A stretch of 63,803 nucleotides of DNA from Macrostomum lignano (GCA_002269645.1 NIVC01000844.1:1-63803), one strand, 5' to 3'; numbered from the stretch's first letter, positions 12,307-35,699 are shown. A program made the numbers and translations. The notes: generated by a model not told the origin, from the sequence alone.

Positions 12307-15295
12307 AGCTGGGGCTTTAGCACCAGGGGCTTTAGCACCAGGGGCTTTAGCACCAGTGGCTTTAGCACCAGTGGCTTTAGCACCAGGGGCTTTAGCACCA
12401 GTGGCTTTAGCATCAGGGGCTTTAGCACCAGTGGCTTTAGCACCAGTGGCTTTAGCACCAGTGGCTTTAGCACCAGTGGCTTTAGCACCAGTGGCTTTAG
12501 CACCAGGGGCTTTAGCACCAGTGGCTTTAGCACCAGGGGCTTTAGCACCAGTGGCTTTAGCACCAGTGGCTTTAGCACCAGTGGCTTTAGCACCAGGGGC
12601 TTTAGCACCAGTGGCTTTAGCACCAGTGGCTTTAGCACCAGGGGCTTTAGCACCAGTGGCTTTAGCATCAGGGGCTTTAGCACCAGTGGCTTTAGCACCA
12701 GTGGCTTTAGCACCAGGGGCTTTAGCACCAGTGGCTTTAGCACCAGTGGCTTTAGCATCAGGGGCTTTAGCACCAGTGGCTTTAGCACCAGTGGCTTTAG
12801 CACCAAGGGGCTTTAGCACCAGGGGCTTTAGCGCCAGTGGCTTTAGCACCAGTGGCTTTAGCACCAGTGCCTTTAAAACCAGGGACTTTAGCACCAGTGC
12901 CTTTAAAACCAGGGACTTTAGCACCAGTGGCTTTAGCACCAGTGCCTTTAAAACCAGGGACTTTAGCACCAGGGGCTTTAGCACCAGGGGCTTTAGCACC
13001 AGGGGCTTTAGCACCAGTGGCTTTAGCACCAGGGACTTTAGCACCAGGGGCTTTAGCACCAGTGGCTTTAGCACCAGGGACTTTAGCACCAGGGGCTTTA
13101 GCACCAGGGGCTTTAGCACCAGTGGCTTTAGCACCAGGGACTTTAGCACCAGGGGCTTTAGCACCAGGGGCTTTAGCACCAGTGGCTTTAGCACCAGGGG
13201 CTTTAGCACCAGGGACTTTAGCACCAGGGGCTTTAGCACCAGTGGCTTTAGCACCAGTGGCTTTAGCACCAGGGACTTTAGCACCAGGGGCTTTAGCACC
13301 AGGGGCTTTAGCACCAGTGGCTTTAGCACCAGGGACTTTAGCACCAGGGGCTTTAGCACCAGGGGCTTTAGCACCAGTGGCTTTAGCACCAGGGGCTTTA
13401 GCACCAGGGACTTTAGCACCAGGGGCTTTAGCACCAGGGGCTTTAGCACCAGGGGCTTTAGCACCAGGGGCTTTAGCACCAGGGGCTTTAGCACCAGTGG
13501 CTTTAGCACCAGGGACTTTAGCACCAGGGGCTTTAGCACCAGGGACTTTAGCACCAGGGACTTTAGCACCAGGGGCTTTAGCACCAGGGGCTTTAGCACC
13601 AGTGGCTTTAGCACCAGGGACTTTAGCACCAGGGGCTTTAGCACCAGGGGCTTTAGCACCAGTGGCTTTAGCACCAGGGGCTTTAGCACCAGGGACTTTA
13701 GCACCAGGGGCTTTAGCACCAGTGGCTTTAGCACCAGTGGCTTTAGCACCAGGGACTTTAGCACCAGGGGCTTTAGCACCAGGGGCTTTAGCACCAGGGG
13801 CTTTAGCACCAGTGGCTTTAGCACCAGGGACTTTAGCACCAGGGGCTTTAGCACCAGGGGCTTTAGCACCAGTGGCTTTAGCACCAGGGGCTTTAGCACC
13901 AGGGACTTTAGCACCAGGGGCTTTAGCACCAGGGGCTTTAGCACCAGTGGCTTTAGCACCAGGGACTTTAGCACCAGGGGCTTTAGCACCAGTGGCTTTA
14001 GCACCAGTGGCTTTAGCACCAGGGCTTTAGCACCAGGGACTTTAGCACCAGGGGCTTTAGCACCAGGGGCTTTAGCACCAGGGGCTTTAGCACCAGGGGC
14101 TTTAGCACCAGGGGCTTTAGCACCAGTGGCTTTAGCACCAGGGACTTTAGCACCAGGGGCTTTAGCACCAGGGACTTTAGCACCAGGGACTTTAGCACCA
14201 GGGGCTTTAGCACCAGGGGCTTTAGCACCAGTGGCTTTAGCACCAGGGACTTTAGCACCAGGGGCTTTAGCACCAGGGGCTTTAGCACCAGTGGCTTTAG
14301 CACCAGGGGCTTTAGCACCAGGGACTTTAGCACCAGGGGCTTTAGCACCAGTGGCTTTAGCACCAGTGGCTTTAGCACCAGGGACTTTAGCACCAGGGGC
14401 TTTAGCACCAGGGGCTTTAGCACCAGGGGCTTTAGCACCAGTGGCTTTAGCACCAGGGACTTTAGCACCAGGGGCTTTAGCACCAGGGGCTTTAGCACCA
14501 GTGGCTTTAGCACCAGGGGCTTTAGCACCAGGGACTTTAGCACCAGGGGCTTTAGCACCAGGGGCTTTAGCACCAGGGGCTTTAGCACCAGGGGCTTTAG
14601 CACCAGGGGCTTTAGCACCAGTGGCTTTAGCACCAGGGGCTTTAGCACCAGGGACTTTAGCACCAGGGGCTTTAGCACCAGTGGCTTTAGCACCAGTGGC
14701 TTTAGCACCAGGGACTTTAGCACCAGGGGCTTTAGCACCAGGGGCTTTAGCACCAGGGGCTTTAGCACCAGTGGCTTTAGCACCAGGGACTTTAGCACCA
14801 GGGGCTTTAGCACCAGGGGCTTTAGCACCAGTGGCTTTAGCACCAGGGGCTTTAGCACCAGGGACTTTAGCACCAGGGGCTTTAGCACCAGGGGCTTTAG
14901 CACCAGGGGCTTTAGCACCAGGGGCTTTAGCACCAGGGGCTTTAGCACCAGTGACTTTAGCACCAGGGGCTTTAGCACCAGGGGCTTTAGCACCAGGGGC
15001 TTTAGCACCAGTGGCTTTAGCACCAGGGACTTTAGCACCAGGGGCTTTAGCACCAGGGGCTTTAGCACCAGGGGCTTTAGCACCAGTGGCTTTAGCACCA
15101 GGGGCTTTAGCACCAGTGGCTTTAGCACCAGTGGCTTTAGCACCAGGGGCTTTAGCACCAGGGGCTTTAGCACCAGTGGCTTTAGCACCAGGGACTTTAG
15201 CACCAGGGGCTTTAGCACCAGTGGCTTTAGCACCAGGGACTTTAGCACCAGGGGCTTTAGCACCAGTTGCTTTAGTACCAGGGGCACCAGCAACA
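12307..15295. repeat. About 3-kb array of the 15-mer GGGGCTTTAGCACCA with G/T/A variants and higher-order periodicity
   Basis: About 199 monomers; variants CAGGGGC, CAGTGGC, CAGGGAC; single-nt register changes near 12806 and 14022. Confidence 0.98.
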
Positions 15296-15720
15296 GGGCT
15301 ATACTTTATGGTTTACGTACTTTATAAACTAGGCTATACTTTAAGGACGCGCCTTGCACCTTAGCTCGACAATCGGAGCCGAGGGAGATGCCGCTTCTCA
15401 CCTCTGGCTAAGCGCCTGCGAGGCAGCCCGAACAACAACCGGTTGCTTAATTCTTGGGCCAGCAAGTCAATCACCAATTACGAGCTATATTGCTTAACTT
15501 TTGTGCCACGCAACAGAGTAGTTTAGGCGTGCGGCTCAGGCTGTTCCTTATTGCATGTTTATGCATCACCACGAAGGCGTACAAGCATTCTCAGAATGAG
15601 ACAGTACGAGTAATGAACTATACGAGTTCCAGATAAGAACTAAGAATTAAAATATCATAAAGTTCATTGTTAATGTTTTTGTTAGAACCCGGGCAAGAAT
15701 TTCAGATTCTTCTCAATCGA

Positions 15721-24679
<8,959 letters not shown>

Positions 24680-27034
24680 CGGGCTTCGCGATCGACTGTC
24701 CTATAGAGACTCTCAGAGTTGGTTGTCAAACAATTGCTTTTGTAGCGCGAGGCACACAATAGAGTTATGAAAAGCTGCTAGGAGGAGAGCCAGCTGGTTT
24801 GCCCACGGGTTCACTTCCGGAAGTCGGATAGATACCATTGCACACTGCTTGGTATTGGCAGCAAAACAATCGGACAGTTGCCCATAGCAACGGACTTGGC
24901 ATTCTCTAGTTTCTAGTGCTGCGGCTTCACCAATCACTGTGTTTGGGCAACCATCAGCAAATTAGCCTAGCAGAGGAATAACTGATCGTGTGACAGAGTG
25001 AATTGAACTATTAGATTTGGAGTTTGAGCAGTAAATGGAGTTCATGGATTGCAGCCGATACTAACCTATTATATGATGCTTAACAATAAATGTGCATTCA
25101 GAATAGTGTAATAGACCGGCTGTGTGCAGAAGCTTTGCGAAAGCTTATATTGACAGCAGTTTAAGTCAGCGCTCGTATAAGTCAAAGCCGTTAGAATCTG
25201 CAATATCACTGCAATCTAGTAAGAGTCCAAGAAGCAGTTCAACTCGCAAAACTGAGAGACAGGGGCGCCTACCTGGAGTGACAGAGACACCTACCTAAGT
25301 GACAGGGGGCGCCTAGCTAAGTGACAGGGGGCGCCCAATAGACAAGGACGCCTACCTGGAGTGAAAGGGGCGCCTACATGACCTGACTGACAGGGGTCTA
25401 TCTGAGAAGTTTATCGATGTCCGTAACTACCAAACACATTGATAAGTGGATCACCCTGAAATTTAAAGACCCAGTGGATCGACAGAAGGAAGGGCGCTGG
25501 CCATAATTTTACATCTTTATTTATCAGATTACCTAAGAAAGGTGACATATGAACCACCAGGAGTAGGAATACTTATAGTATTTCCTTACGTATAGTACTT
25601 CAAGTATTTTCATTAGTGAGCCTGCAGCATGCAGTGCAGTCATGCAGATGGTCCTGAAAACCGCCGCAAACAAGCAGCTGTAGAGGCGGATGTGAAATTA
25701 GTCACTGAGATGAGTTATGAGTAATAAAAAGTCATTAATTACAGGAAGATTACTATAATAAAGCTGCTGTAGGCGGTGCCGGCCCAGCTGGCGCAATTTG
25801 ACGTCGGCGACATCGTCCCACCATGCAGCCACGCACACGGAATCAAATCGGGAGGGGTCCTGGTGTGATAGCTGTCTCGGATGCGTCCATATTCACAATA
25901 TACTCATCATCATCTAATATACTAAAAGTCCTACCTTTGTTTGTCTGTCTGTTTTGTGAATGACGCATTTAATACTGAATAGGGAACAAAATGAAAACTG
26001 CTGAGGTAGTTCCTCCAGACTTTTAAGCGTATAGCTGAAAACTGCTGAGGGAGCTGCTTGGAGGATTGGTAGACTTCTGAGCAAAACAACTCTCAGAGAG
26101 GATAGGATAGCAAGACATCAGTTTCAAAGCTGTACAGTTTAAGTGATTAATTGCAGGTTGTTTAGGGGATTACTGTGGACTGCTGAGTGAATTATTGTGG
26201 TTTGCTGACGGGACAGTTCTAGGCTGCTGAGAGGATAAATGCTTAATGTTAATGAAAGTTATAGACTGCAAGGGGATAACTCCCGGCTGCTAAGATAATG
26301 ACTGCAGTCTGTTTTGTGGGATTAGAAGGGATAATTTCAGGTTGTTGTGGGCATATCTCAGGAATTTCTGAGATGTCATGGCTTTTTGGGGCAATTTCTG
26401 AGATTTCAAGGCCCATGGGGAATTGCTGATATGTCGCGGCTTACTGGAAGAATTGCTTGAATTGAGGTTTCAAAGGCTTATGGGGGGAAGTGCTGAGATT
26501 GCTTTCTTTTGGGAGATGCTTGCTATTTAGGAATGAAGGTGTTGCTTAATGCTGATTTGTGCAAAACACTGCCGATATGCATTGAAAATTGATTAGTGAA
26601 CCGTACTAAATTGTTAGCAAATTTTCATGTTGAAAATATCATTGCAGTTTGCTAAGCAGGAGACTGAGGAGCCGGCCGACAGAAGAACTGCAGATTGTCA
26701 AAAGGATCGTTGCAGACTGCAAAGTGGACAAATTGCAAACTGCTAAGGTAGTTCCTCCAGACATATAGATCATATCGTCTGGAGGATCATATCATAGATA
26801 TAAAGATGTGAGATGTGCAGATGGAGTTCCTCCAGACCATATTCAGAAGCAATGATATGATCTTTGCTCCAGACTTATGAGCGTATAGCTGCAAACTGCT
26901 GAGGTGGTAACTGTGGACTACTGTGGACTGCTGAGTAAATTATTGTTTGCTGTGGGGACAATTCTAGGCCGCTAGAGTATGACTGAAGTCTGTTTTTTGG
27001 GATTGGAAGGGATAATTTCAGGTTGTTGTGGTGA

Positions 27035-27710
27035 CATCTCAGGAATTGCTGAGAGGTCAAGGCTTATTGGTTGAATTGCTGAGAGGTCAAGGCTTATTGG
27101 TTGAATTGCTGAGATGTCATGGCTCTTTTGGGATAATTTCTGAGATTTCAAGGCTCATGGGAATTGCTCAGATGTCAAGGCTTACTGGGGAAATTCTTGA
27201 GATGTCAAGGCTTCTTAGAGGAATTTCTGAGATGTCAAGGCTTACTGGGGGAATTGCTGAGATGTCAAGGCTTACTCGGGGAATTTCTGAGATGTCAAGG
27301 CTTACTCGGGGAATTTCTGAGATGTCAAGGCTTACTGGTGTAATTGCTGAGATGTCAAGGCTTACTGGGGGAATTGCTGAGATGTCAAGGCTTACTGGGG
27401 GAATTGCTGAGATGTCAAGGCTTACTGGTGTAATTGCTGAGATGTCAAGGCTTACTGGGGGAATTGCTGAGATGTCAAGGCTTACTGGGGGAATTGCTGA
27501 GATTTCAAGGCTTACTGTGGGAATTACTGGCATTTCAAGGCTTACTCGGGGAATTGCTGAGATGTCAAGGCTTACTGGCCTGGGAGAATTGCGTAGATGT
27601 CAAGGCTCGAGTTTAATTGCTGCGATGTCGATGCTTACTGAGGGAATTTCTGAGATGTCAAGGCCTACTGGGGGAATTTCTGAGATGTCAAGGCTCATGG
27701 GGGATGGCTG
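27035..27710. repeat. 30-bp minisatellite GGAATTGCTGAGATGTCAAGGCTTACTGGG
   Basis: About 22 copies; a diverged short paralog lies at 26360-26480. Confidence 0.95.
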
Positions 27711-29184
27711 AATTTTTGGGGGGAGGGGATTAGGTTGTTGAGCGATTGTCAGATCGTCAAGTAGTACAGCTCAAGTAGCTCATTTAATTCAGATAATAAA
27801 ATATTACACACAAGTTATGCTGAATTCTGCTGATAGAAAATACTACCAGCGTATTTATTAAAGGTTTGATTCTTTGAGTTAGGCTAATAAAGAGGGGTGT
27901 CAAAAGCCGTCAGGGATTGGCATATTGAGCTCCGCTGCGGACTAGAATATGCCCAGGCCAATGACGATATGCTCTAAGAGTTTGTGCTTGAAAGGATAAG
28001 CACTATTTGCTGATTGAAAAAGGGTTTTTGGCTGATGAAGGAAACTGTTTTTGCCGGTGAAAGTTTTGATTCATGGCAATTTATTTTTTTCAAAATGAGA
28101 AAAAGTAATTTTTGATTAATGGAAAGGGAAATTAATGGTTTACTGTTGGGCCAAAATAAAAACCACTTGGTGTCATTTTAATGCCCCCAGCGGGGGGGGG
28201 GCTAAATGGCTAGTTTAAGTCTAAATTGTTATTCTACGTAATAAAGCACCGCGGTTTAGCTAGCTGTAACACCGCTGTAGTTGTAATAGCACGGCATACA
28301 CGATTTAAATTGACGCAGAATTGCAATAGCACGACGTGCTAGATACATGCGTACTTGTGTACATGGTACGCAAGGACGACTAAAGTAGCGTATATATCTA
28401 CTTAAGTAATAAAGTCCTTGATTAGTTACGCGCACATGTAAATAAATGTACATGTACAAATTATATGCAAAGGCTGTTCCTACAATTGCATATGTAATTT
28501 CGTCATTACCACTTCGTCATCAGGGTGTCTTTGTGGGTGTTCGGGACGGTAATTTTTTCGGCAGTTTTTCCCGGTACCCGGACTATACGTACCCCGAACC
28601 CCGACCCGAACATTTTTGAAGCCCGAACCCTGGTACCAAAACCCGACGCGACCACGTACCGAACCTAACCCTGAAATTTTTGACGCTAAATTAGCCTGAA
28701 ATCATTTTAATCAATAAATGCGCTGTTTCGTTAAAAATACAGCGCTTTTTGTACTTTACTCTATTTGGAAACATTTGGCCGCGCCGACACGTGTTTGTAA
28801 GCTCAAAAATAAATATAAAACATATACAGCTTTAATTAATCGGCCTTATCCAGTAAGTAAAAATAATGACTCAATTTCAACTCTTCAGGAAATTTCAATG
28901 CCATAGTTAGACTCCCTGAGGGAAAAAGCGCTGACGCCACCGATTCCTGAAAAAATATGTTGGCCTTTAGGTAATTCCTTCCTTATCATGCACATTGAAT
29001 AAAGAGTAAAGGGAAAGTTACACATGTATAAGCGCTTATAACGAGTGAAAACTTTTAGTAAATTTACTGTAAGTCAAACCTCGGCAGGCAGACAAAAATG
29101 CGAGACAAACCAACAAAAAAAGCACTTCAAACTTTATTCTCCTTTTCCCATACATACGTCAGCTTTCCCATTCATGCGATACAC

Positions 29185-32100
29185 CATAGAAATCTAGAAT
29201 ACTAACTGGAAGTGAAGGCTTTCGCGGGGGCGTACATACCCGGGCCGGGATAAAAAGCTCCTCTTCCCCAAAAGTTTTATTTCCCCCAAAATTTTAATGT
29301 TTATTTATCATTCTTTCCATTGAAACAATTTTATTTAAGGTATATTGCTTACCAAGAGTACACAAGTTATATTTCTCAAGCAGTGCAGTGAATACGAAAC
29401 TTACCATCAGTGGGCGCCAAACTTTGCAACTTCTCTTACAGTCGGTCCAGTCGCTGATGCGGACAGGCGTTTAGTCCAGTTCTTTGCAGCAGTGTTAAAC
29501 ATCTTCCTGCACACCAGCTGCAAGATTGGATGCTGATACTCACAATGCGTTTGGAATCGCAATTGTGGGAGTTGTTCAAAAATCTTGGAACAAACTGCTT
29601 CAAACAGACTGATGTGTCTGTACCTCGATTTCAGAAACCGCTGACAGCGCTGCAGTTGCATGATTATCACCCAAGCCTCTTTGCAGATGGTGAACACCAG
29701 GTCAGAAGGGTTCGTTAGACCACCGCGGTCTAGCTGTCGCAGAAAGTCAGATGGCGCTTCGGCTGCAGATTCGTCTGGAGTGGCAACTAGTAGCTGGTTG
29801 CATGCAGTGCAGCTTCTTTGCGCTGTGATGGACTTGGCGATTTTTCCAGCCACATAGTAGGTTACGTTGGCATCAGCTGCTTCGATCTCCTCAATTAGGT
29901 TTAGTTGGTCTGCAATTTGCCCGGCTTCTTCCATTAAGTCGCTGCTCTCGCTGTGCAGGTCCTTTGCAGCTGCAAGTGACTGAATTGCCTGTGGTGCAGC
30001 ATGACTGAACTTCAGAACTGAAACAGAACGGATTGCCTTCTCACCATCCAGAACATCTTTGCACGAAACATAGTAGTTTAATCCTTTTCGGTGACGGTAC
30101 CATCCAAATCTTCCTTCCAGTGGGTCCGACTGGAAAGCTCCGACCAGAACATATTCGAACATAAGACTATTGAGTAAGTACCTGCAGACTTCAACTAGAG
30201 CATCCAGTGTGTGACTGAGGGCCAGAAAGGTTTCGTCGCTAAGACCTTTGCTTCTGCAGGCCTTCCATTCGCGCAGATAATTAGCGACGTCCGCGAGGTA
30301 GGTAAGCTTCCAATCTGTGTCTGACCTGACTGGATCTCGGCAACAGTCTCTTTTATGTTTGCCAATTGAGCTCGTCTTGACATTTAAAACTTTCCAAAGT
30401 TGCGTCACCGCATGGACAAAAGTCGCAGTGTCGCCCCACGGCTTCCTTGATTCGCCGAGTAATATTCCAAGGCGTGCGCGGTAGACTCAGAAAACACAGC
30501 TAGTGCCAACTTTGGTGAGGTCTTCTGAATACTTTTTGGATCGATGACGCTTGAGTTGAGTTTTGGGGCCAGTTTGAGTGGCTTGTCCTGTTCCAGATTG
30601 TACAGCTCTTTGATGTTCTCAAATTTTGCTACAATTAAGGAATCAGCCGTTCTCTTCTCATGTGGTAGCGGGACATTAAAAAAGGCGCTAATCTTTTGCT
30701 GGGAGCTCCAGAGACCGCCTTTTCTGAAAATTGTTATAGACGTTTTTAATTGTGTGCGTTGGGTCAAACAGAAGGAAAATCTTCTTTTCTCGATGGAACG
30801 GATGGGGTACGCATGTTTGCAGAATGCCACCGCAAAGCTTGTGGACAAAAAAAACGCACGGTTTGCGGAATGGTTGTCAACCAAGATGGTCACTACATTA
30901 AGGTTTGTGCGCTGCAGCATCCCCATGACGCTCGTGTAGTGCTCGTGCAATATTTCAGCAGTCAACTTGCTGAGGGGGAAAAGTGCGACGACATCGCGGT
31001 ACTTTCCGGCGATTGACTTGACCATGAAGCAGAGCATTGCTGAAGCCGGGTTGGCCTCCTGCATGCCAACAATAGACCCGGAAGAGCAGTCTATTCTTCG
31101 ATTTAGGTGTATCTCATCAATAATCAGGTTGACATTACTCTCCATTATTGACAGATTTTGAGTCCGTAGATGAAGGTAATTTTCGTCCGAGACGCCAGGG
31201 CTGACAGACAGAGGACTAGAAATCGCCGCTAGTCGTCTAACTGATGGCAGAACAAGCAGGTCCTGATCCAGCAGCACCTGGTAGCAAGCTGAACTGGTGG
31301 ACTTCAGCACCATGGCAAACACTATCAAACCAGGGGAGTACCGTCTGGCCTCCTTTGCCTGGCAACGAAGCCTAAGCTGCTCCACTATAAACTGGATTTG
31401 CTGCATCAGTGGCGTGGCAGAGTCATTCGATTCCTCCAGCAAGTTGCACAGGCAATCGATGGCAGCTTCAATCCATTTAGCTTCTGCGCTTCTCGGATTG
31501 GGATCAGGGATGCCCCACGATTTTGCTAAAGCTAATAAGTTTTGAATCTGCGAAAACAAGGTGATCTTTCCGAGATCCAAAAATTGTTCAAATCGCTTCA
31601 TTGGAACCGGTTGTCCTTTCAAACTTACAGAAGCAATCATATCGCGTTGAATTTTTACAGAGCAGACCAGATTCGGGACATCCTCCACATCAATCAGGCA
31701 GAACGCAATGGAGTCGGCGCCAAACACAGGAACGAATCCAACAGGAATCGGATTGCTCTCTAGCATGGTCTTGATTTCCTCCAACGATCCCACTTTATCC
31801 AACGACAGAAACTCCGATGCCGCTGTTTCTAGCCTGTCACTTTCGGCTTGGTGTCGTAGCTCAGCTGTGGCTGATTCGGTCCGGAAAGTAGAAGCCATTG
31901 GCTGCAGTCTTTCCGGAAGTTGAGGAAAAACAGAGGGGATGGCTCCCTTTCGTAAAACGCGCAGGCTCAGTTGCGCATTTCTCTTGCGCTTTCGACGAGT
32001 GTTGGAGTCTTGCGATGTGCTGATGAAGTCCGACTCCAAAAAGTGCGCAGAGCACAACCGAGACTCCTTAGTTGGGGCATAGTGCTCTCTGCGAATTCTT

Positions 32101-32704
32101 CGGAGTCACTCAGTCATCAGTTGTGGATAATTTAACGGAAAGGCATGGAAAGATGTTTTCACATTCGAATCATTGTTCGAAGTCCTTCTTGCGTAGCCAG
32201 ATTGGCAATTAAATGCAGCGCATTTGTATCCGCATTTGTTATCAGCGCAGTTTTGGCAGGATTTGGGTGCTAACAGCCGGTTGCCTCTTTGTTATATATA
32301 TTATTTTCCTGTGCAGAATACTGTTTGATGTACATTTCCCTCCTCTCATTTCCCATATCCTTTCCTTCCTCCCAAGAATATCCCCACTCCTATTCAATTG
32401 ATCGTGCACCACTGTAAAGAGCTCTCTGTTTTGCTCCAGTCCAGGGTTTGCTATCGATCACTGTACGCTCGTACAGCATTTACAGTGTACATCTGGGTGC
32501 TGTCTGAGCTTGAAGGGAATGAAAGATGAAGGCATGAGCAACAAGAAAGAGTTTTAAAGGGCTGGGGGGGTTTTGGGAGGGTCTTTTGGATGCGGGTTTA
32601 GTCACTATAACATTTTCAAGCTAAAAAGAATCGGCCGGGTAGGTACGACTTGAACTCCCCGACAAAGAAGCCTTCACTTCCAGTTAGTATTCTAGATTTC
32701 TGTG
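29185..32704 (-). mobile_element. P-element superfamily (THAP9-like) DNA transposon, disrupted
   Basis: 38-bp TIRs CATAGAAATCTAGAATACTAACTGGAAGTGAAGGCTT(T) at 29185 and its inverse ending 32704 (1 mismatch). THAP domain CAAFNC...FP...(TGA at conserved W)...LCSAHF. Catalytic motifs LIIDE, LVDN, FDPTH, QSDPLEGRFG. Three frameshifts. Confidence 0.92.
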
Positions 32705-35699
32705 GATAACTCTCGTACACATGTTTGCCGGTGGCCTGGCTGACCCCAGGAAGCCAGGAGAGAAATAAATTATTTATAAATTGCACACTTATTTAATTAT
32801 GATTGTAGCATGCAGATCAAAGTACGACTTACAATTACGTATACCCAGCATACGCACGGTCAAAAGTGGTTCCACCAACCAAGCAAAGATATTTTTATTC
32901 ACTTTTTACCGTGCATTTAAATGAAAAGTTTTTCTCTCCATTGTGATATTACTTTACAAAATAGATTACCTTGCCCCTGGTCACTTCGTCATACAATATG
33001 ACCAAATGGAATATGAAGATCTGACTAAGTAGAAGAAATATATGAAATGGTGTCACACGGATATGGCAACCAGGGTGATTATTCGATTCACACTGCTCTT
33101 ATGTTAAAATATATGTGACAGTGTAATTCGTAAATTCGTAGAAGCATCTGTATCGTATTTCCTTATCTCACTTGCATACCGTACTACCTAACTGTATTCT
33201 TCATTTAGCTATATTAACAATATTCCATACGTATTATTATCGCGCTTCTGTTCTGTTAAATGCCTTATTTTTGTAGCCTCGTATGTTTTTATTCTATTAT
33301 TTATAAAACATTCATATCGTTATAATTTCTCGTAAAGTAGTTCTACCAGGGTATCTATGTACATGTACTGACGTTATGATATTCTTGCACGATATATTTT
33401 ATCGATTAATTTGTACATGTACATTGCGCGTGGGGGGCTTGTCTGAGTTATGGATTAGGGGTGTTGTTTGTTATTTGTTTACTTACCAATTAAATATATG
33501 CTTACACTTGCAGTCAGCGGCCGCTCGCTGTCGCGCCCTTCCCTCCCTCTTTGCTTCGCTTCTCGCTCTAGGCTCGCGAACCCCTAGCTATCCCGGCCTC
33601 CTTGCCTCAACTCTCCCGCCGCCTACCCCGGCCCAATTAATTAATCAACTGAATTAATCCTAGCAATTTTCTATATATCTAAATCTAAGCTGTCTTATGT
33701 AACACTATAAGTCTAAGGGTGGAAGCGGCCTGCCGATCTGCTAACTAATCGTGAACTATCTGAATAACCGCTACTCAAAACCATCTTCCCGCCTTTATTG
33801 GTCACATAAATAAAAAAAATATAATTTTTTTAAGCACTTAATAAAATTAATACCTACATGAGATAACTTCTAAGGAGTCCCTTTTTCAAAACATATTGTT
33901 TAAACGTGTTTTAAAAGTGATTATTTTAAATAGATGTGTCCTTACTCCAAATAAAAAATATATCACTTTAAATTATTTAGGTCGTCTTCAGTTTCATTTT
34001 ATCCTTACCAAACTTGAACTGATATTAGAGACCATTGTCAAATTACATAATTGTAGTTTGTTATTTTTTGTTAGTATGCAGCATGCCACAACTTTTCTTG
34101 TTTCAGAGTCTGACTGTCCAATAAATAAATAGACAATGGCCATTTTCCTAGGTTAAGGAAGGCTAGTAGTAATAGCGTAGTAAGCTAGAGAGTAGAGACT
34201 ATAGTTAGTTAGAGAGTATGGAAATTTAGGCTATGTATTAGTAATAGTGTTTAATTTTATTTATACCACAGTCAGAAAACTAGCAATCAGCGCCCTCCAT
34301 TGGGGAGCTAAAAACAAAGAAATGAAAATAAACATTTTTGAATAAACTAGGGCTAGGCTTAGCCTACATCTCACCTATGCTTATGCAGCTTCTGACCCAA
34401 TCTGGCCCATTTACAAGATAATTGATTAAGGCAAATAGCCAGGATTTATCAGGGAGAACAAAGAAAAATCCATAGGCCTATCCAATGGAAGCATGGCAAT
34501 AAAAAATTTCCTCCCTCCAGGGGGGACATGCCATCAGTGGCTGTGCCGCTGAATTGATTACTCTACATGCTATTATATAGGATTATTTTAAATATATTGG
34601 AAGACTAGGTTTAGGCTTGAACTAGTATAAATAAAAAGTGTATAGGCCCTAGTAAATATTTAGTTAAATTGGAATGAAAGATTTCAACTAGGCCTATTTT
34701 TATAGTATCTTATCTTTGCATAAATTATTTTTCAAATAGCAATCCTAAATTAGTGGTATATTCAGTTAAAACTGATTAATTTAGTAATAAGGAAAAGCAT
34801 TCATTGTAATAGCAATAGTAATTTAACAATATTGTAGTAAAAATAATTTTTGTATATTTACAAATTGTAAGTAAGAAACTTAAAGGCCTGGATAGAATTC
34901 TTGCAGAAAAATCACAACGCGTTATGCAATTGTTCAAAAAAATGCAATTTTGCGTCAAAAAATCCGGAAAAACAAAAAGTGCATCGCAAAATTTTAGACA
35001 AAATTGCTAATTCTTAATATATGCAAAAGTGCACTTGAGATATTGGATTTTGCAAAAGATAATCCTACTAGCCTACCCTGAATCCTACTAAAAAGTAAAA
35101 ACTAAATAAGGCACAAAAGTAAAAATTCAAAAAATTCTATAAAAAGTAAAAACTCTTAACATTCTCTAACATATGTATTTAGACAAAAATTTAAATCACT
35201 ACATTTTCTTAGAATGCATTTTTCATTAATGTCTTATTCTTTTTTAGATGAACATTTTGTGACGTGCTAAGTACCAAAATAAAAAATGCGACCAATAAAA
35301 AATATTTTGTGCGCCATAAAAAATCCCATAATTCTGTTTGACTTAAGAAATACAAGAATTCCATCCTGGCTTAAAGGTAGTAAGCACAAATGTTAAAAAA
35401 TGTTTGTTAGGCCTTATACCTCGTAGTAATAAAGTAAGTTGCATTAGCAAAACATAATTAATAGGTAAGTAGGCCATAGGAAAATGAATTTTTTATAATA
35501 TATAGTGCAAACATATATCATATATGCAAGGTTTGAATAGGATATTAAGGGTAGAAATAGAAACATTTAATTGAAGTTCTATATCTATTTGTATGAAATG
35601 TTACAATTTTAGAAAAAAAAATTATGCACAATGACCAAATAACTTCTTGCAATTACCTTTAAGTGTACTCTATATTAGTCTATTATATATATTAAAAAG

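Noticed and set aside
14281-14940. Monomer-variant code spells TTAGGG (telomere repeat)
   Set aside because: This is an artefact of my letter assignment to variants in a G-rich three-letter code; no telomeric DNA is present.
12282-15364. Very long ORFs (up to 1002 aa; ALAPG/KPLVL/GFSTR repeats)
   Set aside because: They are translations of a stop-free 15-bp tandem repeat, open in several frames on both strands, with no splice or domain context.
28521-28920. hAT-like element end (CAGGGTG start, clustered CCCGAAC/ACCCG motifs)
   Set aside because: I could not find a convincing second TIR or TSD, so it is left unannotated.
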